Shown: piece by piece, positions 51,455-64,000 of the stretch
Layout: every line of letters starts with the position of its first letter
Position numbering within the stretch: position 1 is the stretch's first letter
Assembly (NCBI GenBank): GCA_030264375.1
Contig: JASCQW010000130.1
Location: 25,875,010 to 25,939,009 of the forward strand
DNA length: 64,000 nt
Direction: 5' to 3'
Source of the DNA: Carcharhinus longimanus
Lineage: Eukaryota
Made by a program: the position numbers and the translations under genes
Notes under the pieces: model-generated
Told to the model about the DNA's origin: nothing
What the model saw: only the letters and a program-made list of their open reading frames with translations
Databases searched by the model: none

Positions 51455-54400
51455 AAAATCATTTCAAATAATAACCTTTTGAGTGGAGATACATTTGTAC
51501 TCTATTTTCGAACAGTTGAAGTGGCAGTCCTGGTCCTTGCACATTTTAAAAGATGTTTAGAAATGTGAAAATGTGCTTATTAGCATTTGCAACAAATACT
51601 CCGTTAACATAAAGAACTAGCAATACAAATTGTGATACTCTTGATCCCATAGAAGGGACAATGCACCAGGCCTGCAAATAATAAGTATCAATGTCTGAGC
51701 CTTGAAGGTTTACAGTACCTCAAACGGTTTAATCTACAAACACATTTGATTAATACAAATTGACTGCTGTTGAAAAATATAGCAAACCTGAAGAAACAAT
51801 TCATTACAATGTCTTAAATGTACTTTATAGATTGCCTGATTTATAAGTCCATCTAAAGTTGCATTTGAAACTGCATTTCCCAGGCAAATTTCAAAACCTC
51901 TGTGACTAGTTCATAGTTCTGACGCTGCTTCCAAGATGTAGATTTAAGTTTTAGATTTCCAAAGAGTTTATTTATACATTGATGCACTTGCCAATCCTTG
52001 GTTTCTGCAACCCTTTCACATCAAATTGCAGGAGGTGGGGAGAGAATGAGCGTAGTTTCTCCAGGCCCAGGTTCCATTATTTCTAACAATTAGCTCAGGA
52101 GGGGGATGGTGCTGCAGGTAAGAACATTATTGGCTGAATGTTCACCGAGTCGGGATGACTCAGGAGCCCTTTAAACATTGCGGGCGGCTCGTGGTTTGGG
52201 GATTTCTGACCTCATTCCTGGGCTGTCTGATTTTAAAGGATGGGGGCTGCTTCCAGCCGATAGCCCATGGCTGGAATTCCCAATCTGGCCAGCTCCATTG
52301 TGGCGATGGGCATGTCCTCCTTTACAGTTTTCCTGGCATTGAGCCAAATTTTTAAAGAGTTTGTGAACCCTAATCTGCCTGAGGGGATCTTTTAAAAGTG
52401 AGTCACAAAAATCCTTCTCATGCCACATACACCAAGCTATTCATTCCAGCAGGCTCCCTTGCCATGGTTCTTCATGCCCCCTATGCCAAGCCACAACATG
52501 TCAGTGCTCCTCATTATCACTATGCCAAGTTATAGCACCCCCCCCCAACATGGCCCTTCATGCCAAGATGTGGCACTCACATGCCCATTGGCTCACTACA
52601 CACTGTAAAAAATCAATGAATCCCATAGTGACGCTAATATGTATAAAAATAGATTTTAAAAAGTAATTCTTTCATTTGTTACTTTCCATTATGTTAAATA
52701 AATCACTAAAAGGCAATAAAATATCGAGTATCTAGCTACTTTGAATAACAGAAACCACAAACCCTTGAAACCATGTAATCTTGTGTAAATAAATAACAGT
52801 GAAATTTATCACAGAGATCAATGACCTCAATCTGTCAATCAACTAATGTTTTCTGTGGAGTGCAGCTGTTGCCACAGGAGTAATGGATGTCTGGGCACTC
52901 ATCATTCAAGGAAATATTACTTTGCCATGCCAACATTGACAAACAGAATTAGTTTTCCTGATTTTTGTATTTCTAAAAAGTGATATGTATTTACTGTACA
53001 TTTTTATAGCAATTATACTCTGTGTGTGTGTCCGTGTGTGTGCAGAAGTATAGATGCAATAGAGGTAATTATTAGAAAATGTAAGTAGCATAGTTGGCAT
53101 TTCATGAAATAATGGTGGTTAATGAAACAAATATTTTGTTTTAAAAAGCCAATCCTCAGAGTAATTGATAAGAATTTTTAACATGGCACAATCATTTGAA
53201 TAGTCTTCACATTGCATTGTAGTCATTTGCCTGTTCAATCATTTTCAATGTTTCTGCATTAAAGCTCATATTTCCATTAACACGAGTTGCATATCAAATA
53301 CACAGTACAAGAACCAAGCAAAACCAATAGAAATCTATCTCTGATCCAATCCTACTCAGCACCGGCGAGCATTATTAACTTTATCAAATAGTCTGGTTGC
53401 ATGGAAGTTTTCGCATTGATACTCATATTGGAGCTAATACTTGGGGAATGTGATTATCCAAAAATAAAGATATATGCCTAGGTATTTTTCTAAAACTTTC
53501 TGATAAAACACCTGAACTCACAATGAGCTGGGCATGGATGAAGGAACATTTTATTTTGAAGCTACATTTTGCAACCATTGCTTTGCAAAGTTGTTACTAA
53601 TTATTTTTGATGAGAATATTTGAAGGGGAAGTTGAAGAAAATGAAGAGGATTGAACTCTCCTCCCTGCATGATATTGAGGGAGTGAAAAAAAACCTGGTT
53701 ACAAACAACAGTGGGAAGACCTGTGGTCTTACATGGCTTGAAAATATTTGTATGTTAGTTGTCAACAATTCAGTCATAAGCCCCTGAATTGTGCTTTTCT
53801 ATGTATATTTTATTCTAAAACTAAACCCAAAAGAAGAGCTTTCTCCTGAGATGAATTTAATTCCTAAGTAGTCATATTTCTCGATAAAATTAATGTAATT
53901 GATAGAATTAGAAAATATGTATTTTGAGAAACTGTTTGTGAATGTCTTCAATACATGAGCAAATTTAAGTTTGTGTATGTTAATGCAATAACAATAATAA
54001 TAAGCTGAGAATAAGGACATCTAATAGCTATGTTGCCTTTGATTTAGCCTTTATCGAGTTGATTTTTCTCACTCAAACCTGCTAATTGTTATAATGGTGC
54101 TGAAGTGTTCTTCATATCAATTTATTATCAGCCCGCACCTTCTCTCCCAATGTTTGGTTTTGAAAAGATAGGTAGTAAGAGGGGAATCTCAGAGTATCCA
54201 ATATTCTTGCAGCTCGTTTAAAATATTGACTGATAGCATGTCAGTGTAAAGAGAGATTTATAGGGACTTCTTGCCTGGCCCCATGCATTGAAACTTTCCT
54301 CATTCAAGAGGGTGGAATCCGGTTCCTGAATTTCTGGATATCTTTATGACAATTGGATAATACCAAAGATGACCTGTAGGGCATGTTTGATTACAGCACG

Positions 54401-55508
54401 GAAGGAAGATTGACTCCTCTCCCATCCTCCCCACCCCTCCTTCCCAGTAATGACCAAGACCTGAAGCTAACCTTGCCACCTGGGGTTAGATACCAGTCAA
54501 AATTAACTGGATAGAGATCAATTTGAGCCCTGCAGGACTCGCCTTGATGGGGAGGTGCAAGGCCAGTGTGGAATTAGGCATCAGACCTGGTTTCGATAAT
54601 CTGAATTCTAGTTGCTTGTCGGCATCCATCTATCACTAACAATGACGTCTGGGCCATTTGCCTCACTGGGAGTAGTGGGGCCACAGTGGAGGGAGAAAGG
54701 CATTCATTTAATGCTGGTACAGACTGTCAAAAATACTTCTGTGCTGGGAGGAGTAACTTTTGGCTCCTTGTGGCTTTAAATAACACCATTGTATTTAACT
54801 TTGCCATGTTGCCTGGAATAGCGTCATTTTGCTAGGAGTTACTGATCGATCTTAAGCCTCTCATTAACAGTTGCTCGAGGCTGATAGCTAGTTTTTAGAT
54901 TGTTGCCCTTNNNNNNNNNNGCAGCTGAAAAATAACCCAACCTTCTTTTGGGGTGGACATTTTTCAGCAACCTTAAAACACAACATGTTAGTCCCTGAAA
55001 TTAAATGTCATGGTGCTCAATTTGTGCCCATAAAATGCAGGCAACAAATGTCCAATTTCACATTTAAAAAAAAAATTATTTAAAAATCAACCATGAGGCC
55101 TGATGATAGAGGAGTAAAAATTTCTCTTCAAAACTTTCCACCCTCATGCGTGTCAGATTCCAATTGACTCTGGAAGCAGGGTAGCTGATGGATTTGTCAC
55201 TCACTAACTTTTAAACTTGTTCTTTACAACCATTGAGGGATTTTGTTGACTTGCCAGCTTTGGGATTGATGACTAGATTCCCAGGCCCGAGATTTCAGAT
55301 CTCAGGGTAAGCTTGCATTTGAACCCAGATCCTCACAGAAGCATGATGGAGCCACCAGTATATTTTAAAGAAAAATGTGATTGAATGTGAATTGATCCAT
55401 ATTGGGCTGTATTTCATAATCAAACTGTACAAAATAAATGGTATAATTTGTTAATCATGGAAACCATGATTTCAGAGGATAAACATTATAGTCTTGTTCT
55501 GACATTAT

Positions 55509-55640
55509 GGGCAGGATTTTCCAGTCCTGCCTGCCTGGGGACTGAAAGTTCTCGTCTGAAGTGAATGGACCTTTTCACGGTCTGTTAAATTCTCCGTCCT
55601 ACCCCAATGATTCCCGTGGCAAGCAGGACCGGAATATTTG
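55509..55640. mobile_element. MITE ~200 nt upstream of exon 18a
   Basis: gggcaggattttccagtcc ... ggaccggaatattt. Confidence 0.6.
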
Positions 55641-55841
55641 GGTTCACGTTTTGGCATCTGAATTGCACGCTGCATATTCTATTTAAAATTCATTTAAAAT
55701 GTCATGTGTATCCTGATCGATTTCAGACCTGAAATAACATGACTTGATCTCCATCTCATTAATATGCCATTTTAATCATAATATCTTTCATACTGATGAT
55801 TGCCATGTTAACCTAAAAACCATACTTTCTTATTACCTTAG

Positions 55842-55898
55842 TCAATTGGTGTAGGGATCCCAAAGATTAATTTAAGACAGAGACGCCCTGGTACACAG
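55842..55898 (+). CDS. CACNA2D1: CACNA2D1 alternative cassette exon (57 nt), orthologue of muscle-specific exon 18a / region A
   Basis: Splice sites ccttag|TCA...CAG|gtaatg. Translates SIGVGIPKINLRQRRPGTQ (19 aa, phase 0-0) versus the mammalian insert PIGVGIPTINLRKRRPNIQ, at the expected position after ...NLQPK. Confidence 0.92.
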
Positions 55899-58800
55899 GT
55901 AATGTCGTTGAAGGTACCATCAGTGCTGCAAAGCTGCCAGTATTGAAGCTTTTGGAAGGAGCAATGGCAAGCTTATGTTTAAATGTCTACCGTTGGGCCT
56001 GGCTACGAAAAATATCCTGAAGCATGCATTTCTACTTGCTTAGCCGATAATTAACCCATTACCCAAGGAGCTTGGCTCATTCTATGATAACATTTTGGGC
56101 AGTTCTCTTGTCTTCTAATGGCAGTGAAATATTAAAAATAATGTCAGCGTCAAGGTAAATGTTGTTTAGAATTGCTATGGCTGATTAAAGATTTAAGTGT
56201 AGCAGAATGGTTAGTTTTGTGTTTGACAGCTTGTCCTGTTTATTACAGAAACTGTATGTGGTCCATCCATTCCTTTGATGACTAGGGTATACTTTAATGT
56301 ACCATGCCATAACTGTGGACTGCATGTTTTCTGTTGCTGTCTATTCCTTTGGAAATGCAATTTGTCCATCCATCGTAAACTATTTTTAGAAAAATAAGTT
56401 TTTATTCATCAATATAATCTCAAAGTCATATTATGTATCTCTAGAAGAAGTCAATACGGATGTGCCTTGACTGTTTTCACTGCAGTGGGTCTGAATGGAA
56501 TGGCACAGTCATTGCAAAAATTCACATTGCCAAGTAATGGGAATCCCTTGGAAAAGCCAATTCACTTCATTCATTTCTGTTCAATGCTTGATATATCACT
56601 GATAATTACAGAAACGTATTTATCACTCGGTAAAATAATTGGCATTTTGCTTCATGTAAAAGAAAGTGTCCATGATCTAAGTCTTGTTCAGTCTTAGTAC
56701 CCAGGAGCAGATGACATTTGTTGGTTTACAATTAAAAGCTATTCAGGGTGAGCAATAGTGGAGATCCAAAATGATCTCAGTTCAGAGTTTGTTTTGTAAT
56801 TGGATTTCAATATCACGGATCTGAAGTTGTATCCTGGTAAAACTTGGCTTGACTAAAAACAAAATCACAGGTGCTTTTAGGATTGCACTCAGCAACAAAA
56901 TAGTTAATATCTACTTTCAGGCGCTAATGACACTTTAACCCAACACTTAGATTTGAATTTTTCTCTACACATTGTGAGCATAGCTGACGTAAACTGAGCT
57001 GTGGGAATATGAGGACAGAGCATGTGCATGGGTCATCAAATGCGTTGAGAAGTCCTTGGTTTTCATCTCTATCATCTGGAGTCATTGAATTCCACACTTG
57101 ATCTAACTAGCTGACCCATGAACCCTCTCGCAAGACCAGGATTGGTAGAGAAGCTGCACTCTGCATTTCAGGTTGGCGCCATTTTTTTTGAAGCATCACA
57201 TGGACAGTGTGTAACTTGACCATTCCTCCCTGTAGACAAGTAATTCAGCGACAGCTCCCAACTGCTCCACGTGGCCCAGTTCCAGTAAGGTGCTCCGAGC
57301 AGCACTCTGTAACATAGCATGCTGCCCGTGACCACACAGGGCCAAAGACATTGTCCCAAGCACGCAAATAATTTAGAATAAATTGGTGACATATGCTCAA
57401 ATTAGAGCAGCACAAATGATGACTTCCCAGAGGTTTTGCAGCACAGATTATTATAATCAGAAACAGGTTTAGACTCCGGAGTCAGAACTGAACTGATTTG
57501 CTCATCCCTAATAGCTATTAAGAATTCTAATATGAAAAATGGTTTTGCTTTCCTTCTGAATATTATTTAATAAATTTGTTGTAAAGTTTGCATACATTAC
57601 ATCTGACTGCTCAGAAAAATGAATATCAATGTCAGTACAATTTAACCATTTTTCTGTTCAGCGTGTATGAGTTAATTAAGATCTCTGCATATTGCATTTT
57701 TAGGCCACTTAGATGTTCTTTGAAATATAAGAAATACATCTGTGAAGAATTATCCTTTTTTTTGGTGCTGTATAAATATGTCATTGTCAGATATTCATTG
57801 CTATATCATTATTATTTTCATTCAAAGTATTTGCATGAAATTAATGCGAACTTCATTTAAGAGATCAAAGTGTGTACGGAAAAAAAAATCCCCCCTTTTC
57901 CAGACTTCATGCATCACTGTCTGAAATACTTTGAATTCTTGAGCTCCTTCCCTTTGCAATGACATCTCTTTGGAGGCTTTTGATTTTGTTGGTGTATGAT
58001 GTGCTGCTTTTATCAGTTTCTTTTTGTCTTAGCGAGCCCTGTGAAGTATTTGCATGAGCCTGTTGTGGAAAATAGCCATTGTAAACTTTCTGCCTGTAAT
58101 AAGATTTTGGGTAAGTTATCATTTGACAAATTGAAGTACAGTGGAAGAAACTGAACAATTTGTGAGGCATTGGTGCAATAGCATCACAAAATCTTACTGT
58201 TTAAGAGATGGATCGCAGTATTTGGGAATCTTGAACAAGCATTAGCTAAAAAAGGACAGCTTTCCACATTTGATTTTAATGCTATTCCCTACCAATTTTG
58301 ACCCGGTATTCCACAATTTCACTATACAGGTTTTAGACTCCAGTTTCCATGATAAATTCCTATATTAAAATTTATGCTTGGATTCAAGACTACTGGAAGG
58401 ACAAATGAAAGAAACATATACCAAACATGGAAACATATACCAAACATACAGCCCCACCCAATCTGCTGCCCAACTGTTAGCAATTGTGTCTCATCATGTG
58501 TTTCTCTTCGAAATATTCACTCAATATTCTCCCTGAAGATGTCTGAGCTACTTACCTCCACAATCAATGGCCACCATTGGTGTTTCCATGCGTGCTGCCT
58601 GAATCTACAGCTCAGTTTGCGCTCAAGACACTTTGTTCCACTTTCACGCTAATGCAATTAGCTGTGATTAATCGGCACAAAGGTTGTACCTCCAATTCTG
58701 TCTTAAGGTCAGTAAATAAAGTGTAGATCTTTTACTGAGATGGATGTATCCTGCACGAGAATGAGGTTCTCATCTGTAAGAGTTTGGATATATCTACCAA

Positions 58801-58973
58801 CAGGCATCAGTAATAAAATCAGCGACTACAGGCAGGATCTGAGAAAAGAAGTTAATGTTTCAAGTGTAATCCTCCTTCAGAGCGCCTGTTTATAAACTTC
58901 AATCCACAGGTTTTGGCTGTTGACACAAAACTTTAGAAAGAGGTTCTCTTGGATGCATAGATCCAAAGTTTAT

Positions 58974-59110
58974 GGCTGGGATTTTCAGTCTGTTCACACC
59001 CCACTGTTGCTGCAAGTGAGGATGGAGAATTTGGTGCTCAGTCGACTCTCTGTTCACTGCAGCGGGATCAGAAAATCCCACCAGCGTGAATGGCTGGAAA
59101 ATTCCATCCA
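58974..59110. mobile_element. MITE (family of 12407)
   Basis: ggctgggattttc ... gaaaattccatcc; shared gaggatggagaatttgg core. Confidence 0.7.
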
Positions 59111-60249
59111 GATAGCAGCGAATCATCCAAACCTCAGCACACACGAAATGCCATACAGTTCATTGAAATAAAATGCAAAATAACCAAGTGGCTGATGCCA
59201 ACGTATTAAAACCATTCTGACTCGGGGAAGGGGCAGATTGGGGGCGGGGGGGGTGACTCAGGGGAGGAGAAATCATTTACTCCAGCATTTTCTGATAACA
59301 AGAATTCCTGTTCCCGTAGTTGGAGCTCTAGATCCAAAAATGTATTTTTATCGAGGGACTGCTGGCTAGATTTTAAATCTGGGGCCAGGAAGCCAAGAGC
59401 CAGATCGCTTCTAGGTTTGACCTCTAACTGTATCAGCATCAATGATGTAACGTGGCTTTTAAAGAGACAGGCTATTGGCCGAGAGGCACCCAGTCAGCAG
59501 TTTCAGATATAGTTTGGAGGCAGGACCTTGTGATGGAGGGTGATTTTAAAAGGAAAACAACAGTAGTTACCAGGGGAATGGAGCAGGCAGAAAAACAGAT
59601 GGCGGGCAGACTTATGGCTGACAAAAGTGCCTAAACGCTCAGGCCTCAAGTTTTGAACCAGCTGAAGAAGCAGTGGTAAATTTGGTGCCATTACCTGAAC
59701 ACCTCTGTTTGACCATCCTTCTTTTAGACAAGATCTTTTGTCAGCAGCATAGTCAGTGCTGTGCTCCTGAAAGCTGTGCCCTGATATGTTCCAGGCAGTT
59801 CATTCTTCCCATTATTGATTTTGAAGATTTGATTGTCTCTCACCAACATGTTAATAAGCTCTTCAATGAGCTCAACAGCAAGTTAATTGGAGAATGAGGG
59901 TTGCTGACACACCCCTGCCCGCCGCCTCCCATTAAAAATTCCACTGCCACAAAGACATTAGAGGACTGATGCATCACCCAAGTGTGTTATTTTTACAGCA
60001 CCCGTCTGCCCTCAACCTCACCCCCATGGGTGATTGAAAATCCAGCCCAGCCTGTAGGTGCATCATTGTTACAATCCAGGAGGTCGAGTGGAAGAAGCGT
60101 GAATTGGTGCCTTCACCCTAGCAAATATGGGCAAAATTGTCTTGAATTACTCTACAGTATTCTTGCAGCCGAAATCTGGTATAATACAGAGATTGAAGCA
60201 TTGTTAGACTCTCATAGAGACGCTTGTGTGCCTCCCTTATCGACAGCAG

Positions 60250-61102
60250 TCAGGGCATCAAGTTTACAAGTCGGCAAATTATGTTACAATTATATGTAAC
60301 GTCCTGTAGACCACATTTGGAATACTGTGTCCAATTCTGGTCTCCACCCTACCAGAAGGATGTGGAGGCTTTGGAGAGAGTGCAGAAAAGGTTTACCAGG
60401 ATGTTGCCCGGTATGGAGGGTATTAGGTATGAGGCGAGATTGAATAAACTGGGATTGTTCTTCCTGGAAAGATGGAGACTGAGGGAGCAACCTGCTAGAA
60501 GTTTATAAAACTATGAGGGACATAGATAAGGTGAACAGTTGGAAGCTTTTTCCCAGGGCAGAAATGACAATTACAAGGGGGCACAAGTTCAAGGTANNNN
60601 NNNNNNNNNNNNNNNNNNNNNNNNNNNNNNNNNNNNNNNNNNNNNNNNNNNNNNNNNNNNNNNNNNNNNNNNNNNNNNNNNNNNNNNNNNNNNNNNTGGG
60701 GTCTTTTAAGAGACTTCTGGATGAGTACATGGGGTTTAATGGGATTGAGGGTTATAGATAGGCCTGGTAGGTACGGATACGATTGGCGCAACTTGTGGGC
60801 CGAAGGGCCTGTTTGTGCTATAGTGTTCTAAGGTGTATGGAGAAAAGTTTCGAGGAGATGTGTGAGGCAAATGTTTTTACACAGAGGGTGGTGAATGTCT
60901 GGAACGTGCTGCCCCGGGAGATGGTGGGAGCAGATACAATCGCAGCATTTAAAGAGCATCTAGATGAATACATGAACAGGATGGGAATGGAAGGATAAGG
61001 AATCCGAAAGTGCATACAATTTTAGTTTTGGCGGACATCATGATTAGCACAGGCTTGGAGGGCCGAAAGGCCTGTTCCTGTGCTGTACTGTTCTTTGTTC
61101 TT
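60250..61102 (+). mobile_element. Two CR1 3' ends in tandem (gapped)
   Basis: RPHLEYCVQFWSPPYQKDVEALERVQKRFTRMLPGME; FTQRVVNVWNVLP; two gggccgaa.ggcctgt tails at ~60797 and ~61059. Confidence 0.9.
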
Positions 61103-61261
61103 TGACAGATAACTGGAACACAACATACAGGGCAGCAAAAAAGGGCTGCATGTGACCAAGAGAACAAGGGATTAAGAAAAGAAACAAAACTTCAGAAATA
61201 CATCAAAGGGAAATAAACCCTGACCAGTAAGAGCTCAAGTTTTTCCACAGCCAGTGGAAGT

Positions 61262-61335
61262 CCAGCTTTTCACAGTTACTTCATTGCGGTGTTAATGTAA
61301 GCCTACTTGTGACACTAATCAATAAATAAATAAAT
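61262..61335 (+). mobile_element. Tail-only fragment of the type-2 SINE
   Basis: ttttcacagttacttcattgcggtgttaatgtaagcctacttgtgacactaatcaataaataaa. Confidence 0.8.
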
Positions 61336-61401
61336 GTTCAATGGTGATGAGCGCAGGCCAACACAGTTGCATTGCTCACGCTCATCGTTGTTGAATGAGA
61401 A

Positions 61402-61600
61402 GGTAAATTTGCCACAGTCCCAGCTGACTGTAGGCTTTTCTCCCCTTTGAGGGTGAGAGCTGACTGGTGAGGATCAGACAGGGTTGAGAAGGCAAAACCT
61501 TTATGAGTAACCTCAGCTGGTACGGGAATTGAACCTGCACTGTTGGCATATCTCTACATCATGAACCAGCTGTCCAGCCAACTGAGCTAAACCAACCCCC
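61402..61600 (-). mobile_element. tRNA-headed SINE (family C)
   Basis: Minus strand ggggttggtttagctcagttggctgg (A box) ... caggttcaattcccgtacc (B box). Confidence 0.75.
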
Positions 61601-62623
61601 TGGAAAAGGCAGCGAATTACACATTAGTACGCGTGCACGTTCAAGTTCAGAGTGCCAATCAGTGGTCACCTCTATTGCCCAGATTCCCATTTATAGAATA
61701 AAGCTGACAAGACAGTCTGCGGTGTGCTGAGGCAGCTGAATAATTTAAACTTAAAATGTGGCTGTACGCTGTTGAAACTAATGGCGTGCAGTCTTGCCAT
61801 CAGCCCTGAACTGCTGATTTGTGCAGCATTATGTTGTGTGCGCCTGGCGGTCCCCTGATTCCAAATAGGACCCAAAGAATGTCACTCTGAATTTAGTCGA
61901 ATGAAGTTCTTTTCTCGGGTTGACCCCATCTCTATCTGGACCTAACAAAGTGTGACCACCTGTCGTCACGGAAATAGCATATCCACATTGCTGTTTGAAA
62001 ACTTCCACTAAAATGATTTGACTGGATTTACTTAACCCTGCACACACACATACGCTTTCATATTATAAATGACTGGTACTTTTAAGGCCATCGTCAAGTG
62101 CATAGTTTCTTCCTCTGTAATTCATTATTTTTATGTTGTTGCCATGTAAGATATTCTTTGCAGAATTGCTTCTGACTCTTATTTTTCTTTCCATGGCCCA
62201 CATGTATCGGAATGTGACGTGACCTGCTTACCTCCTCATACCAATATCTTGATGCATGCTGCATGGTTGGTAATGTCGTGGGATCTTCTGTGCATGTAAA
62301 CTCTCTCCATTTAATTCTGTCTGATTTATGATTTAATTTGGATGATTCTTATGTTATTATAAAATATAACAAACTCCAGTTGTATTCTTGTTACGTCAAG
62401 AGGAACTATGCGCTGTAGTATCTTGCAAACTATCTGTAGAGACAGGATTGAATCGGGCACCTGTAATCAGGTGCTCTTTGGTCCGTGGATATAAAATCTC
62501 CGATCTTTACCAATACTCTTTCATTAGGAATGCACGCTAAAGAAGCACTTTATGAAACCAATGCAAAATTGGCATTTTGTTCATAGATATGCTAAGCGAT
62601 AGTTGGGTAAAACAGTTCAGTTT

Positions 62624-62920
62624 GTCACAATGGCACAGTGGTTAACAATGTTGCCTCACAGCACCAGGGACCCAGGTTCAATTCCAGCCTCAGATGACCG
62701 TCTGTGTGGAGTTTGCACCTTCTCTCCGTGGCTGCATGGGTTTCCTCCCATAGTCCAAAGATGTGTAGATTCGGTGGATTGGCCATGCTAAATTGCTCCT
62801 TATTGTCAGGGGATTAGCGCAGCGCATGAGTAGAGTTATGGAGTTGGAGCCTGGGTAGAATTGTTGTTCGTGCGGACTCAGTGGGTCGGATGACCACCAC
62901 CTGCACTGTAAGAGTTCTAT
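62624..62920 (+). mobile_element. HE1/V-SINE copy
   Basis: tggcacagtggttaac...ccaggttcaattccag...gtggagtttgcac...ctgcactgtaagagttctatg. Confidence 0.85.
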
Positions 62921-62987
62921 GAAGAGAGACTAAATTGTTGCAGTCGTGTTTTCCTTCCCGATCTTGGATTAGCAGTTAGGGTGATAT

Positions 62988-63435
62988 GGGTGGCATGGTT
63001 TCACAATGGTTAGCACTGTCGCCTCACAGCACCAGGAACCCAGTTTCAATTCCAGCTTCAGATGACTGTCTGTATGGAGTTTGTACATTCTCCCCATGTC
63101 TGCTTGGGTTTCCTCCGGGTGCTCCGGTTTCCTCCCACAGTCCAAAGATNNNNNNNNNNNNNNNNNNNNNNNNNNNNNNNNNNNNNNNNNNNNNNNNNNN
63201 NNNNNNNNNNNNNNNNNNNNNNNNNNNNNNNNNNNNNNNNNNNNNNNNNGTGGGTCTCCACTGGGTGCTCCCGTTTCCTCTGTAAGTTAGGTTGATTGAC
63301 CATGCTAATTTGCCCCTTAGTGTCAATGGGACTTGCAGAGTAAATATGTGGGGTCACTGGGATAGGGTCTGGGTGAGATTGTGGCCAGTGCAGGTATGAG
63401 GGGTCAAATAGTCTCTCTCTGCACTGTAGGGATTC
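62988..63435 (+). mobile_element. HE1/V-SINE copy (gapped), in tandem with the previous copy
   Basis: gggtggcatgg..tggttagcactg...ggtttcctccgggtgctccggtttcctcccacagtccaaagat...ctgcactgtagggattc. Confidence 0.85.
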
Positions 63436-64000
63436 AACACTACTATTATGTTGGGGTTTTATTTTCTGGTCCCCTGTCTGACAAGTCCCCTGTCTGCCGC
63501 AAGTTGAATACCAGAGTGATTGGATGAGTGGCTTAAGTGGGCATTAATTGCCTAATTAAGGGGCATTAGGGCAGAGACTTCATGCTCAGACTTAATTAGG
63601 TGGAGGTGGCGAAATGGCAGGAAAGTAATGGGATACCCATCCCACATCCTCCCATCTGGTCAAATACAGCCCTCAGCCTCCAAATCTGCCTCGAGTAGCA
63701 TTAAATTCCATCCCATGTATGATTTACAAAATCATCATTACCTTCAGAATGCTGAGGCACAAATGTAAGTTAAAAGAAAAACACACCCAAACCCCGATCC
63801 ACTATCTTGAAAAATATTTTTCTTTCCCGTCAATCACAGAATTTTCCTGAAGCATTTTCCTTCATTTTGATTTTATCTCACCTGTGATAATTTTCCAGAT
63901 GGTTACATTAATCCATTGGCTGAATGTGAGATTATGAAGTAGAAATATTTTGATTTTGCAAGCATACTGTCGCAAGAGGTCTCTTGGCAGCATCCTTGCC

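Noticed and set aside
58411-58448. 19-bp tandem duplication gaaacatataccaaacat
   Set aside because: A simple slippage duplication with no sign of function.
61520-61600. tRNA gene (also the SINE heads at 6162, 36062 and 62988)
   Set aside because: A and B boxes are present, but the sequence continues into a SINE body and no proper cloverleaf or anticodon arm is evident.
55899-64000. Next constitutive exon (NPKSQEPVTLDFLDAELE-like)
   Set aside because: No matching reading frame was found by eye; it probably lies beyond the window or in a gap.

Overview
This is a gapped eukaryotic draft-assembly window, most likely from a shark or other cartilaginous fish; that assignment is inferred from the HE1/V-SINE, Deu-SINE and CR1 repeat content. 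It covers the middle of a + strand CACNA2D1 gene (voltage-gated Ca2+ channel alpha2delta-1). Eight GT-AG exons splice into one open frame of 702 nt / 234 aa, spanning the C-terminal half of the VWA domain into the dCache region. A 57-nt exon at 55842-55898, missed by the ORF track, matches the mammalian skeletal-muscle-specific cassette exon 18a (region A). The introns are mostly transposon relics: CR1 LINE fragments, at least four SINE families, Penelope-like GIY-YIG elements with inverted terminal repeats and degenerate hammerhead-ribozyme cores, ~130-bp MITEs, longer GC-rich TIR elements, solo LTRs and a 34-bp minisatellite. I found no prokaryotic-type system or CRISPR. The best leads are the exon 18a orthologue with nearby RBFOX-type motif clusters and the palindromic Penelope/hammerhead elements. 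Family names and mammalian comparisons are from memory, not database searches; repeat boundaries are approximate, while exon boundaries were counted from the sequence.
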